A stretch of 64,000 nt of DNA. It comes from Vicugna vicugna (Eukaryota). The DNA lies in contig MU058844.1 in NCBI GenBank assembly GCA_013265495.1, forward strand, positions 7,315,260-7,379,259, written 5' to 3'. A program made the position numbers and the translations under genes. Within the stretch, counting starts at the first letter, position 1. Each line of letters opens with the position of its first letter. Shown here piece by piece: positions 40,684 through 53,559 of this stretch. Under the pieces are notes generated by a model. It did not search any database, was not told the origin of the DNA, and saw nothing but the letters and a program-made list of their open reading frames with translations.

Positions 40684-42019
40684 AGGGGAGAGCATGACAA
40701 CCCTGATTCTGGGAGTGCTGTAAAACAGAAAAACGCTGAAAACTAGAAGCAACTGCCACCATCAGCTGAAGGGCTGTTGTGTGGCTTTGCTGGCAGAAAC
40801 AACAAGCAATTGGGGCAGAGAAGTTTTTTTCTGTCTTGTAATTGCCTTCTCGATCCCTCTGTTGGCAGAGCTTAACAAGAAGTTAGCTGGTAATGGGAGA
40901 GATGGTGGCTCCTTTGCTGTTAAGCAAGGCAAAGTAAACTAAGCAAGTATGCAAAAAGGTATTAATGATGTGATAGTCTATAAAGTTTTATCATATTACT
41001 CTTCAAAGTGCTGTATAATTATATTCAATATAATAAAAGGAATTCTCAGGAAAGGAGGTTAAAAAGATAATAACCACAGTCAAAAAATGGACCATTCTTT
41101 TTTCTGAAAATGTTTTAACCTTAAAAGGAAATTTCTTCTTACCCAGAGACCTATAATCTTTCAGTAATTGTTTTGAATTATTAGTTACTGTTAGCAAGTA
41201 TTTAAAAAAAGATTTTTTGAATAAACAGTACAGATTTTCACAGTATGACCTAAACTTATATATGATATATAAATTTTAATTTGTCTGAACTGTAATTCCC
41301 GCACATGGAATTACATATATTGTAAAAAGCTTCTGTATTTTGAAAATGTTTTTTTCTTTCAATGCTTATGAAAGGCAAATCCTTCTATTGGGTATACCTA
41401 GCGATATTTAGTTATTTACAAGTGCTCTGTGCTGTACAGCACTCAAAACCCATTTGTTTCAAAGTTGAACTGTTAAAAATATGTGTATGACATTTACAAT
41501 CCTAGAGGTTCCATACAGTTATTATTAAAGTTTACAATTAGATTTTTGCCATATTAGCACACAAAGAAACTATAAAAATGTAAAATGCAGCATTTCTAAA
41601 CTTTGTGCAAACATTTCATATTTCTCAGTATATGACCAAATAGAGAGTGGCTTAAAACTATTCAAGCATATTCTGCTTTACATTTTAAAAATCTGAGAAT
41701 ACTTCTGTAGCTAGTCTCACAATATTGTCTAGATTAATATTTTTAGAAGACATTTATTGGTTGGTATTGAGTTTTTTTGATGATAGCAAAATTCAAGAAA
41801 ATGGTGCAGAATGGTACTGTAATTTTTGTTGCTTCAAGGAAGATCCCATAAAAATCAACATACAAGTTGTGTGTGTGTGTTGTGCGGGGAGGGTGCGTGT
41901 TTCCTTTTATTACTAGTCTGTTCAGTATTTTATTCAGGAATGGATATGACATTTTATCAAATATATTAAGATGTATCATATATTGATTTTATTTTGAATT
42001 TATACTGTTATAATAAATG

Positions 42020-43515
42020 TTATGTGGTGGTGAAACTATCACATGTTAGATTTAATAATAGAAAATGTACCAAATAAACTTGTGGCAAGATGGCTTCTAG
42101 GCAAATGCTGAAATTTGGGTATTGTTGCTGCATATAAGCTACCAAATAAATGGATAAACTTAGGAAAATAATTGGACAGACTTCATGTAGATAAGAGGTA
42201 ATGTAGAGAGCCCAAAACTCTGGATGGGAAATAAAACTGTATCTTGTTTCCCACCTCTTCAGTCAGTAAAAGATTCTCAAATTAAGATACAACCTGGGGA
42301 CGCAGGCAAAATCAAAATTATGGGAGTCACTTTGATAAGATACCTGAAAGAATAAAGATGACATCTAGAAGATCTTTTCTTTTGAGCAAAAGAACTTATA
42401 AAAGGCATAAGTTCATGGCTTTACTAAAGAAAGATGTACTTAAAGACTTTTAATTATACCTATAGGAAAATAGATGTCTCTAAAATAATTATGGGGATAG
42501 ATTGTGACAAAGAAAATTGAGGGGAAGCAAAAACATATAAAATCCATGAAGTTTTTAAGAGAAGTATGTTTTTAATAGTGCAACAACCTTAACTGAGATG
42601 ATTCAAGACAAGAATAGTAGTCTTGGTCTCCAACTTTCTACAGGTATGAAGAAGGAGGGGAAAGTTGTTCATCTCCAAAGAAGCACGTTTTACAATTTCT
42701 CTCCAGAATTGGCCAGAGAAAATGATGGAAAAATAAGGATTTCCCTAGGGCATATCCAAAAGTCTTGGAGACTACTGAAATGGCAAAATAGTCACAGGAG
42801 GCAGAATCAGTGCCTAATAAAAGACATCTCCTATCCCACAGTTAGTAAGGTCATCAATTTAACCAGCAGGATTTTAGGATGGTTATGGACAAAAGAACAA
42901 ATGACTGCTATGTGTCTCAAATTATCTAAATATACATTTTTATTGAGGATATTCTTGCCTTGTTCTACCACTATGTGTTGAGGGGATGTTTTCTTTCTAG
43001 CTCATAAATCTTTGAATCATAAGGAACTAATCCAAATTTGATATTGATATAGATCCCAAGATCTTTGGTTTCAGGCTTCATGCTAGGCTTAGATTAGGGT
43101 CTTGGGATGAGTGTGGACATGTAGTAAGCTTGTGAATAAATGTGACAGAGAACACACTGTGGTTAACAGAATTATTGGCTAGTATTCTTTACTTCTCCCT
43201 CTGTCCATGACCCTTTATATATATATATAAAAAACTTTGTAGTTTCCTCCATAACAAGTCAAAGTGGCTTTGGTCAAAAGCATGTGGATGGAAGTAATGA
43301 TGTGCCAGTTCTAAGCCAAAACCTTAAATACCCTTAAGTATGTACTGATTGTTCACTTGTGCTCTGCAAACACTATTAAAAGGCATTTCTTAGCTGACCC
43401 ACAGGTCCATGAGAAAAGCTGTTGCTTTGAATCAATGAGTTTTTGAGTGGTTTAGTATACAGTGGTTTATAAACAGTAGTTTATTTATCATGATGCTGAA
43501 AGCTAACTGATACAG
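42020..43515 (+). mobile_element. MaLR internal remnant plus MLT-type LTR fragments
   Basis: MLT-like motifs 'ctttggtcaaaagcatgtggatggaagtaatgatgtgccagttctaagcc' and the terminus 'agctaactgataca'. Upstream sequence resembles MLT-int. Confidence 0.45.
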
Positions 43516-44057
43516 TTATGGACTTAAAAGTAAATCAAATGATGAGATAGTTATAAGAAAATTTGATAACATACTCTTAAACTATTTTCCAGGTAAATGT
43601 AGCAATTTATACTCCTTTTAGCAATACTGATAAATTCATATTTCTCACATCCTTATACCAACAATATATAGTGTTAAATTTTTGTTTTTTCATTTTACCA
43701 ATCTAATGAGTGTAAGTCATATTAAAAATGAATTTCCAATGATTTTCAGCAACTATTGTGAATTAAACACTCATATTTGTATGGTTTATCTTTAACAGTT
43801 TGGCTTTTTGTATTAATATGTAGGAATTTTCTATTCCTTTCTTGGCAGTGTGAGTTCTAAATATTTTCCTAAGTATGAAGATTTTATTGTTATGTGGTTA
43901 ATTAATCATTTCCACATGCAGAAGTATATAATTATAATGTAGTCAAATTTATTATTTTTGATTTTTGGTCTTTTAAAAAACTTCATGTACCATGATGTCC
44001 AAAAGCATTTATACATTTTTCCAGGTTATTTTTGTAATCTTGCTTTACAAATACATG

Positions 44058-44480
44058 TTTGTTATGTATTGAATTTTGTCTCCCCCCAAAAAAATATGTT
44101 GAAGCCCTAACTCATATGTGATTTAATTTGCAAATAAGATTGCTACAGATGGAATTAGTTAAGTTAAAACGAGATCATACTGGACTAGGATAGACTATTA
44201 ATCCAATATGACTGGTGTCCTTATAAGAAGAGGAAAATTTGGACACAGAGACAAAGATAGATCAAGGAAATACCATGTAATGATACAGCTGTGAGCTGAG
44301 GAATTCCAAAGATTGAAGGCCACCACCAGAAACTATGAAGAGGCAATGAAGAGTTTTTTCCAGAATTTCAAAGGAAACTTGGTCTTGTTGACATTTCGAT
44401 TTTGGACTTCTAACTTCCAGAAACTGCGAGAGAACAAATTTATTTTTTAAGCTACCCAGTTGTGGTAATTTGGTACATAC
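44058..44480 (+). mobile_element. MaLR LTR (MLT1B/C-like)
   Basis: 'tgttatgtattgaattttgtctccccccaaaa', 'aatccaatatgactggtgtccttataagaagagg', 'ttttaagctacccagttgtggtaatttg'. Confidence 0.85.
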
Positions 44481-44749
44481 CTTCTGGTGTAGACCATGTA
44501 TCTCAAATTCTTATCCTTCCCTCCACAGTAATACAAATCCTATCATTTCCTAAAGGATACAAAGAAGTATTATCATGTCAGAGGACAAGTCCCCTTCAGG
44601 AATTCCAGGTCAAAATCAGATCTATTCATTGGTATTCTACTCCTATTGCTAAAATATTACTGTAGTTACTATAATAAAATTACATATTCTGTAATAGAAG
44701 AACCTGCTTTTTCTTTTTGATAGGCAGCAAGAAACCAAGAGATAAGTAT

Positions 44750-45020
44750 TCTTATACTGTGTTTAAGAATATGGACCCTAAAGCCAGAGTAGTGTTTTCA
44801 GATTTAACTCTGCGCCTTAGTAGTTGTGTGACCTTACACAAGTGTTCTAATCTCTCTGCAACTTAGTTTCCTCATGTGTAAAAGGAAAATAATTATAGTG
44901 ACCTATAATAATAATGCAACTCTTGGAACTAATATGCATATTAAATAAATGGATGCATATGTAGCAATTAGAACTGTGGCTAGCAAACAGTAAGCACGCA
45001 ACAAGCATGATCTATTGCTA
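44750..45020 (+). mobile_element. MIR SINE
   Basis: 'tagtagttgtgtgaccttacacaagtgttctaatctctctgcaacttagtttcctcatgtgtaaaagg'. Confidence 0.75.
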
Positions 45021-45639
45021 ATATATACAAATGCACGTGTGTACAGGCCTTAAAGCCTGTAAATTTTTGAAGGTAATTCTTCCTGATGAACCAGTAATCC
45101 TCGCATGGTAAAACTTCCCCATCATATTTTAAATTATGGGATTTCAGGACTGTCACAGCTAATGCATCTTTAGCAGACGTGTCTTTAGCTGATAATGTGA
45201 AAGTCTTAGAATAGGTGAATAAGTTAATACTTTCCTTCAGTCAGTTATATTAGTGAATCTATAATAATACCCTTCATGGATGAAAGATTTTTAAACAATG
45301 TGATAGGAAATAAGACTGCAGAAATATTTTGCAGGATCAATAGAATATAGCAAAAAGTTACACTCCTTGTTACCAATTTAAAGCAACTTTCTCTCTGGGA
45401 AAAATTCTTTCTTTCTCCACTACTTAATAGTTGTATAATCTTGTACTAGTTTTGTTTGGTTTGTTTGTTTGTTTTTTCCATATCAGTTTCTCATGCAAAA
45501 AAGTTGATAGCATAGGATGTGTCTAATAATGCTGTGAAAATATGAGATGACACATGTAAACACCAACTGTAATATAGCAACCTACAAATATTGAACTTGT
45601 TTTCATTTAGACACAAAATTGAGTTGCCATCATTTACTC

Positions 45640-46260
45640 TTCTCTTTTTTTAACAGAACTAATCATTTTGGATCTCTCTTCAGAATATGCTGTGAACCCC
45701 ACCTTTCTCCATCGTTTCCACTGCAGTATTCTAACTCAGGCTTCCAATGGTTTTAGGCTGGGAGCCCTGCAAAGTTGCCCTGACAAATCTATTGATTTTG
45801 CTCCTGCACCCACTCCCTTCTCAGACTACTCTCACACACTAACCAGGGAATGCTTTTAAAATGTGAGTTAAATTGTGTTACTCCACATGTTTCATAACTA
45901 TTCACACACTGCAGTACTTCCTCACTGCATTTAGAATAACACTGAAAATCTTTAATAAGATCTACTCTCATCTCCTTGATATTCCTTGAATAAGTCAAAC
46001 AAATTTCCACCCCATGACCTTTGCACTTGCCACTTTTTGTTTGACCAGTTATTGTCCAGACATAATACATGACTGAGTATTTAATTTCATTCAGGCCTCT
46101 GATCAAAACTCATAAATTTTCTTTACTCTTCTCTATCATTATATTTATTTGTTGCTGCTTCACATATGTTGTGAGTTTAATGAGTATAAGTACTCTGTTT
46201 TACTCAAAGTTGTAACTTCAGTGCCTAGAACAGTGCCTGGAATGCAGTAGGTATTAATAT
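45640..46260 (+). mobile_element. L2 3' fragment
   Basis: 'cccatgacctttgcacttgcc', 'cagtgcctagaacagtgcctggaatgcagtaggta'. Confidence 0.75.
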
Positions 46261-47166
46261 TAATTAATTTAATTGCTATTATAATTATTATCTAAATAAG
46301 GTCCAGAGAATATACATCTCCCCTTTAAAAAATGCTATCTTAGTCTCCAAGTTGTCCACACCAGTAATCTAGATAATATAGTAATCTTTACTCTCTCTCC
46401 TCCCCTAATTTTAGTCCTACTTGAAGTACTATTTTTTCTAATTCCAAAATTATTTTAAATGTCCCCCCTTTTTTTCCATCTTTGCTTGTAGCAATTCATC
46501 TCACTAGTCAATTATTGCCACATTCTGTATTCTTGCTACTCTCCAATCTATCCTCCACATGGGAGAAAGAACTTTTTGTGTTAACCCAAATGAGAAGCAC
46601 TTCCATTACACTTAAGGTGATGCTAAAATTCTACTTGTAAAGCACCAGGTATAGCAATTGACTGTACAAAGTAAGTACAATTTTAAAAGAAGATAGGTGT
46701 GGTTTTATGCACTTTAAAAGAAGACTGGTTAAGGATACCAAGCAAACATTTGAATTATGTGTGTGGAGCATTGGTCAGGAATTGAAAATAATCATTTAAA
46801 AAATGAGAATCAACAGAATTATTTCTTCTAAGTCTGACCTAGTGATAATAACCTTTCTAGTGCACTGACTATTTAAAAATACATCAAGTGTATTAAAATG
46901 AAAGTAAGACTCGGTGATTAAATCATTAACTGAAGCACAGAAAGACAGACTAAAGGTGAAGAAAAGAAGAGCAACAGCAGAAAGTTGTAAAAAGAAAAGA
47001 AAGTAAGATCCAGATAGTAAGCCTCTTTTTCAAAGTGAGTTAGTTAGATACTAGAGAAAAATCTGTAACTTCGTGTCTTAATTCTAGACCTAAGCACGTG
47101 CACACACCCAATATATTATCAGTCTTCTTAGTCTTTACTGGTTGGATGTTGGAAATCTGCAATCAT

Positions 47167-47167
<1 letters not shown>

Positions 47168-47199
<32 letters not shown>

Positions 47200-47256
47200 C
47201 AGTGATCCATCAGTTTATAAAACACACACACATCATTGATCCATCAGGTTATAAAA
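47168..47256. repeat. (CA)n microsatellite within a 34-bp tandem duplication
   Basis: (CA)5-tcagtgatccatcagtttataaaa (47189-47222) and (CA)5-tcattgatccatcaggttataaaa (47223-47256). The first CA tract is about 15 units long. Confidence 0.9.
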
Positions 47257-48891
47257 TTCTAAGACAATTTCAGTGAAGAAAAAAATAACAAGCTATTGAC
47301 TGTAGTTCTATTTGTCCCGGTTTTTCTGTATTCTTCCTTAGATATTTGATAAGTCATTTTAGAACTCCAAGTAAGAAACATGTATAGTTTTAAGACATTC
47401 CATGTAACAACACATAAATAGCCAAAATGCTATGAAAGAAATATCCATAACCAAAAATATGTTGAACTTGTAATTGTATTGTATTTTTTTACTTTCTTTT
47501 GTCAAACCATGTTCTGCACTTTTTTTCATTTTACAGAAGCAGTGTTTTAAATTCATCTACTAATGCCTCTAAAGTCAAAACTGGTACCTTTTTCTCAATC
47601 CTTTAGTTTGAATACGTTATTTAAAGAAACAAGACAGCAGCTTTAACATATCAAATGAAGCCAACTATGACCCAGGTATAGGCTCACCCTTTCATAGTCC
47701 CCAAGTCTCCTATTCTTTTTAACTAGGAACATTTGTTCACAGATGATGATAGAAAACTGACAAATATTATCTGACAAGCACCTGGTACTTATTAAATAAG
47801 ATCTAAAACTAATCATAGATCATATACCTTTTTCCAATAATATAATTCAATAAAAAGAAACTGATTAGAGCCCTTTTCAAATATATTAAATATTATTATT
47901 ATGGAAATATAACTGAATAAACCAATGCTTTTTCTAAAATGTTAAATTTAATGTTGCTCATGCCCTGCCCCCCTTTACCCTAGGTACAACCTCTTAATTT
48001 CATCAGGAAGAATTGCTGTCTTTAGTTCACCAGCTAAGAGTGACAATCTCCTCAGCAAGCCCATTGCAACCAACCATTATCCACCCAATGCAATCTAGTA
48101 ACAAATCAATCACATGCCAATATAGAGATCACCATCACTGAATGTTTAAACTTTCTTCTAATAGGAAACAACTCAATTGAGATACAGCCATGATTTTTAA
48201 AAGTCAATCTACCCGATCAAAGACTCACCCTTTTAGTAAGTTACAAGCAGTTAAATAGTAGTTTGATCTAATTAAAGAGTGCTCAGTACTAGAAAAAGAA
48301 AGTAGCTGAAAGCAGAAGTAGAACACTGATTTGCCAATGGCATCTAATTTATACAATTATGGAACATCAGCTCTCTCGAAGTTCTGTTTTTCCAATGAAC
48401 CCACAACTTCTGCTAAAATTTTTCAGGTTGAATTCTGCAAATCAAGAGTGCTACAAAATTGCAGTCAGAGGATGTTTATATTTATGTAATGATCTCAGTT
48501 GAGACAGATTGGGGCAAATTTTATCCAAAAAGTCTAGGGAGTGGGAAGAGAATAAACTTTCTCTGCCCTAATTCATTGCAAAAATATTCCTATATATGGC
48601 ATTCTTAAGATATTTTTGATTGCTGTCTTCAACAAGATGACATTTTGTTTAATTACATATAATCTTTAGATGTTGACCCAGCTAAAAGTTAAGACATCCT
48701 TATAGTTACCGCTCAATTCAAAGACTTACATACGTAGAGATGATCATTCAAAACATCATAATTAACTTTCTTTTAAAATAGCCCATTCTCCCTTAGGATT
48801 ATTCAGTATCTGTGAACATATACCCCAACCCCATGCCCTATTGCATTAGGAGGGTAATCCTGCACATACTGAAAAACCCCAAGTAAGGTAT

Positions 48892-49273
48892 TGCATTAGT
48901 CAGCTCAGGCTACCATAACAAAATATTACAGACTCAGTGGCGTAAACAATAGAAATTTATTTATCGCAATTTTGGAAGCTGTAGATCCAAGGTCAGGGTG
49001 CCAGTTGGTCAGTTTCTGATAAGACCTGTTTTGGCTTGTAGGCAGTTGTCATTTCCCTGTGTGTTCACATAACTCCTTTTTGCAGAGAGAGAGAGAGAGA
49101 GAAAGAGAAAGAAATATCTCTGGTTTCTCTTATGACACCAATCCTATTGGATCAGAGCCCTTTCCTATGACCTTAATTACTTCCTTAGAGGCCCCACCTC
49201 CAAATCTAGCCACCCTGGGGGTTAGGACTTCAACATATGAATTTTGGGGCACACAAACATTTAGTCCATAACA
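48892..49273 (-). mobile_element. MaLR solo LTR (MLT1A/MST-like)
   Basis: 'tgcattagtcagctcaggctaccataacaaaata...ggttaggacttcaacatatgaattttgggg...agtccataaca'. Candidate 5-bp TSD ggtat/agtat. Confidence 0.85.
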
Positions 49274-49290
49274 AGTATGCTGTGAGATAG

Positions 49291-49880
49291 TGTTGCCGAA
49301 AGATCGGCCCCGGTCCCTGACGAACCGAATAACCCAGGGACAAGGTCTTGGAGATTAGAAGAAAAGAGGCAATTTTATTGCTTTGCCGGGCAAAGGGGCC
49401 TCACAGCAGGCTAGTGGCTTCAAAACTGTCAACCCACCTCAGGGATGGGGTGGGGTGGTTATATAGCCAAAGCTCAAACAGTAGAGCATCGATAACAATC
49501 AACAGAAGCATTCTCTCATCAGAAGACTTAGAATGGCGTCGTTATGCCTCTAGGCGACCAATTCTATAGAGGCTAGCAGTTGTCACTTTTTGATCTCTTT
49601 ATCTCTCAAGCACTCAAGGTGTGGTCTTCGTTTTAGCCTACTTTGTAAGGTTACAGTTCTATGACCTTCTCCCTGGAGATGGACTCAGAGACCAAGCATG
49701 ATTACAGCTTTGGATTACTGGAATAAAGTAGAAACAGTAAGATCAATAGCTTTAGTTTTAACAATGGGCCTAGAACTGTGAGTAGCAACCGGTCAGTCAG
49801 GTCAGTTGACTGTTTAAGGGCAAGCATAAGAATAAGCAATCTGTTAGCCTACGTGCGGCCATTTTATTAATCTTCCTTCA
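49291..49880 (-). mobile_element. ERV1-like solo LTR (590 bp)
   Basis: TG...CA termini and a 4-bp TSD ATAG (49287-49290 / 49881-49884). On the minus strand, TATATAA (49459-49465) is followed by AATAAA (49374-49379). Relatively CpG-rich. Confidence 0.88.
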
Positions 49881-52422
49881 ATAGGAGAGAAATAATGAGA
49901 GGAAAAGAAAATTCAGGAGATCTGTTTTAAATATCAGTTAAAGTAGTGCATACTTTCAAATGTAAATATAATACATTCAATTATCAACACAAGAAGTGGA
50001 AAATAACATACAAGCTTTGAATAGGAGAACATTTTTACTTTAATAAACCTTGCCTGCCAAATGTTATTATAACATATGCACGATGGCATGAATTTCAGCA
50101 AAAATAGATGCTTTTCAATTCAAACATAAGGACGCATGCAGCATTTGGAATTTTTGACTTCTATACTAGTTGTTTAAGTAACACAAGTTACCAAAATAAA
50201 ATCACAACGGAATGAAAGAATGGGTTTTTTATTTATTTATACAGCGATATCAGCAGCAGTCCTCAATTCATGCAAATGTCAGATACAGGTTATTATGAAT
50301 CATGCTGGTACAGTTTTATGAGTAAAATAACCTTTGACCTTCACATTTCCAGATGTTACTATTTGCTGTTTAATAGTCAAAACAGCTCTAACCCACACTG
50401 AGAACTGGCAGGAATTCATAGTACAGTAGATCGGGGCTATTTATTTTACGTATCAACAGAGTTTGGGCGTGTCCCCAGGCAGTATATTCTCATTAATCAC
50501 TATTCTACACATGTTGTCTAAGGATTCTTTGAATTAATGGTTGTGTACTGGTCCGTTTTTCCTTCCCTTCTGTCTCTCTGTGAGTAAATTGTTTCACCTG
50601 CATTAGCACAGAATACAACTTCATTCACTTTATTCAAGAAAGATTGAGAAAAACAGTTAACGTTCATTCCTCTGCCTTTCTATGTAACAGAAGTTTTGAG
50701 CACTCCACAGATGCAGATGTAAAACAGAATTTAGAAATAGTGCTAAGTAAAAGTGATGTAATACATATTTTATTTAGGAAAATGGGTCTGAGATAACTTT
50801 ATTATCACTTTCCTTTCTAACATTAAAAATACATTCCTGAAAAACAGCATGGAGTTCATCATTAAGAATCTTTAACTCGTTTGTAAAGATAGTTATATCG
50901 GAAGTGAATTTCTTAATACTGTCTATCTATAATTAAGGATTTTTTTTCACTTCTTTACTAGCTAGTAGAATCTTTCATTCTCAATAACCTCAGATGGAAA
51001 TACCAAATTGGAAAAAACAAGAATAAGTCATTACCACATGTTAATATATCATACTTATTTATTTACATAAGCCAAGGAAAAGAATCTCATAATCATCTTC
51101 ATAATTAGAATTTACAATATATTTATCTCAGTATATAAGGATGAATTTACATAATATCTGCTTATTTTTAAATAGTATATGCAATGCAGTTGTAAGTTTA
51201 ATAAAAATATTTAGTCACTGCATTTACTTTTATAGAAAAAAATTTTAGATTTTTATTAATCCTGTTACTCACTTTTAGAGTCAAGAATTGGTAAGATAGT
51301 GTTTTTGGGTAAGTTATAATATTGTATTTCCTCTTACAGTTCCATGTACAGCACAATAATGCTTTTCCTCCTAATGCTCTCCTTCTCTTCCTCTTTCTCT
51401 TCATCCCCTTATCCGTGATAAGTACATATTCTGTGGCATTCTATCAAATATTTTATGTGGAATCTATTATTCAACTTCACCACATGTACAAACACCAACA
51501 ATCCAGATGCGTTATCCTTCTTCTTTTATTGAGAAGGAAATAAAAATTGGGGGAGATTAACTCACAACCATTCAAATAGATGCCAAATATAAATGAGCTG
51601 AACTTGTGAGACTGTTGCCTTGTTGGAGTTAATAATATTCCAGGTAAAATATTCAGATTTTTTAAGTTCTATGGGTAGAATATTCCAATAAAGGGAAAAA
51701 AATAATATGTTACTGTGGTTCAGATGCTAAGCCAGTCACTCCAAGGATTGTCTTATGAATTTGTACGCCTATTTTTTTAAATTTATTTCACCCTTTTTTT
51801 TTTCCTGCTGGTTACCCTAGACTATTATTTACATAATAGAATTCACTTCATTTTAGCCTTACTTCTGTTAATGAGTTTAATCTCTTAAGTGGTTTTCTAT
51901 TTTTATCTTACTTAAAATTGTACTTCAGTTTAACCTAGATCATTTTATTTACCCTCTTAATTTTGTTCTTATTTTTTAGTTTAACTCTTTGTAGATATTT
52001 CTTAGTTGCAGACTAATTATTTTTCTTTATATATCTTTCGTTTTAAATCTCATCCACTTTAAGTCTATATAGAATAATACAAGCAATCATGTCTTTACAT
52101 ACACATTCCAGTCTTGATCACCTGGAATTAGACTTGCTTATTATGACAAGATACTAGTGTTTGGACAAAGCTCATTTTCCAGGAGGAAAAGGACACAGCA
52201 GTTTAAAAGTGATTGCCAAAACTTTTTCCATATATAAGTATATTGGCTTTTTGTCCAACGTAGTCAGGACAGTCCTTATTTTCACCTATTGTACAAAAGT
52301 AATTATTAATAACACCCAGTTTAATGTTCAAGTATGCCCCCATTTGAACTATAAATTAAATAAATACTCTAACTGTAGAGAAGTTGAGCTAAGCTTTGGG
52401 CTCTTCTCTGTATATTGGCCAG

Positions 52423-53225
52423 TGTGATACTGTGATATAATAAGAAATACATAATATATGATTAGTTTTCATCCCTGGTTCCTGGCACAGGGCTCCTAAA
52501 ACCCTTCAAATTTCCCTCCTGATAGGATGGAGAGGACAGTCCTTCTTTACTTATAGTAAGCACCTTTCACCCATTCCTGAGTTTATACTAGTTAAGTGAG
52601 TCTTAGAGAATGGGGGCTGGTTACCAGAGAAACCAACCACATGATTAAAGGGCTGGAGATTGATTTAATTGACTAATGATTTGATTAACCATAACTATGT
52701 AATGAAGCCTCCATAAAAACTCTAGCCAAAGGGATTCAGAGAGCCCGTGGGTTGGTGAACAAACTGAGGTTCAGGGAAGGTGGAGTCCCTGGAGAAAGCA
52801 TGGAAGCTCTGTGACCCTAAATTATACCTTGTCCTATATACCTCTTTATCTTGCTGCTCATCTGTATCCTTTGCCATATCCTTTGTAATAAACTGGTGAT
52901 TGTGAGTAACTATGTTCCTGAGTCTATGAAGTATTCTAGCAAATTATTAAACCAAAGAAGGGGAGTCATGGGGGCCTCCAATTTATAGCTGATCAGTCAG
53001 CAGCATAAGTGGCAACGTGAACTTACTATTGGCTTCTGAAACGGAGACTAGTCCTATAGGATGGATCTGTGGTGTTTAACACCATGCAGTAAGTGTCAGA
53101 ATGAATTAAATTGTAAGACAACCAGTTGGTGTCCACAGAAAGTTGGAGAATTGGTTGCGGGTGGGAGAACTCCCACATATTTGGTGTTAGAATGTTATTA
53201 GAGTACAGGAAAAAAATTGCCTTTA
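52423..53225 (+). mobile_element. MER21-like LTR
   Basis: 'tgtgatactgtgatataataagaaata...cctggttcctggcacagggctcctaaaaccctt', 'atgtaatgaagcctccataaaaac', 'cccacatatttggtgttagaa'. Confidence 0.75.
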
Positions 53226-53269
53226 GCTAGCAAACAACAAAAATTAACTTTCATGACCACACTTAAAAA

Positions 53270-53495
53270 TTGAAGCTCCTTCTGAACATTCTCCCTTTCC
53301 ATCCCCTGCTTTAATTTTTTACCATTGCACTTTTATTAAACTGTTTTTGTTGCTTCCCTCAAGAATCTAAGTTCTTATTCTTGAGACTAGGAGTATTTCT
53401 TTTTATTCACTTCTCAAATAGTGTATTCAGCTACTGTTTGAGTGCTTTGCACATAACAGCTGTTCAGTAGATATATTTGTAGAATAAATTAATAT
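53270..53495 (+). mobile_element. L2 3' end
   Basis: 'cttccctcaagaatctaagttctt...gcacataacagctgttcagtagatatatttgtagaataaat'. Confidence 0.6.
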
Positions 53496-53559
53496 TTTTT
53501 TTACTTATCTATGATTCTTTCAACTCAGTTCTCCCTTCAGTATGTTTCCTTCTTCCTTG

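Noticed and set aside
36467..49880. Provirus bounded by the two ERV1-like LTRs
   Set aside because: The LTRs show no evident similarity, lie on opposite strands and each has its own TSD. There is no gag/pol/env between them.
50245..50288. Possible 44-nt micro-exon after 'ttttttatttatttatacag'
   Set aside because: The donor 'gttatt' is poor, the peptide is unrecognised and no partner exons were found.
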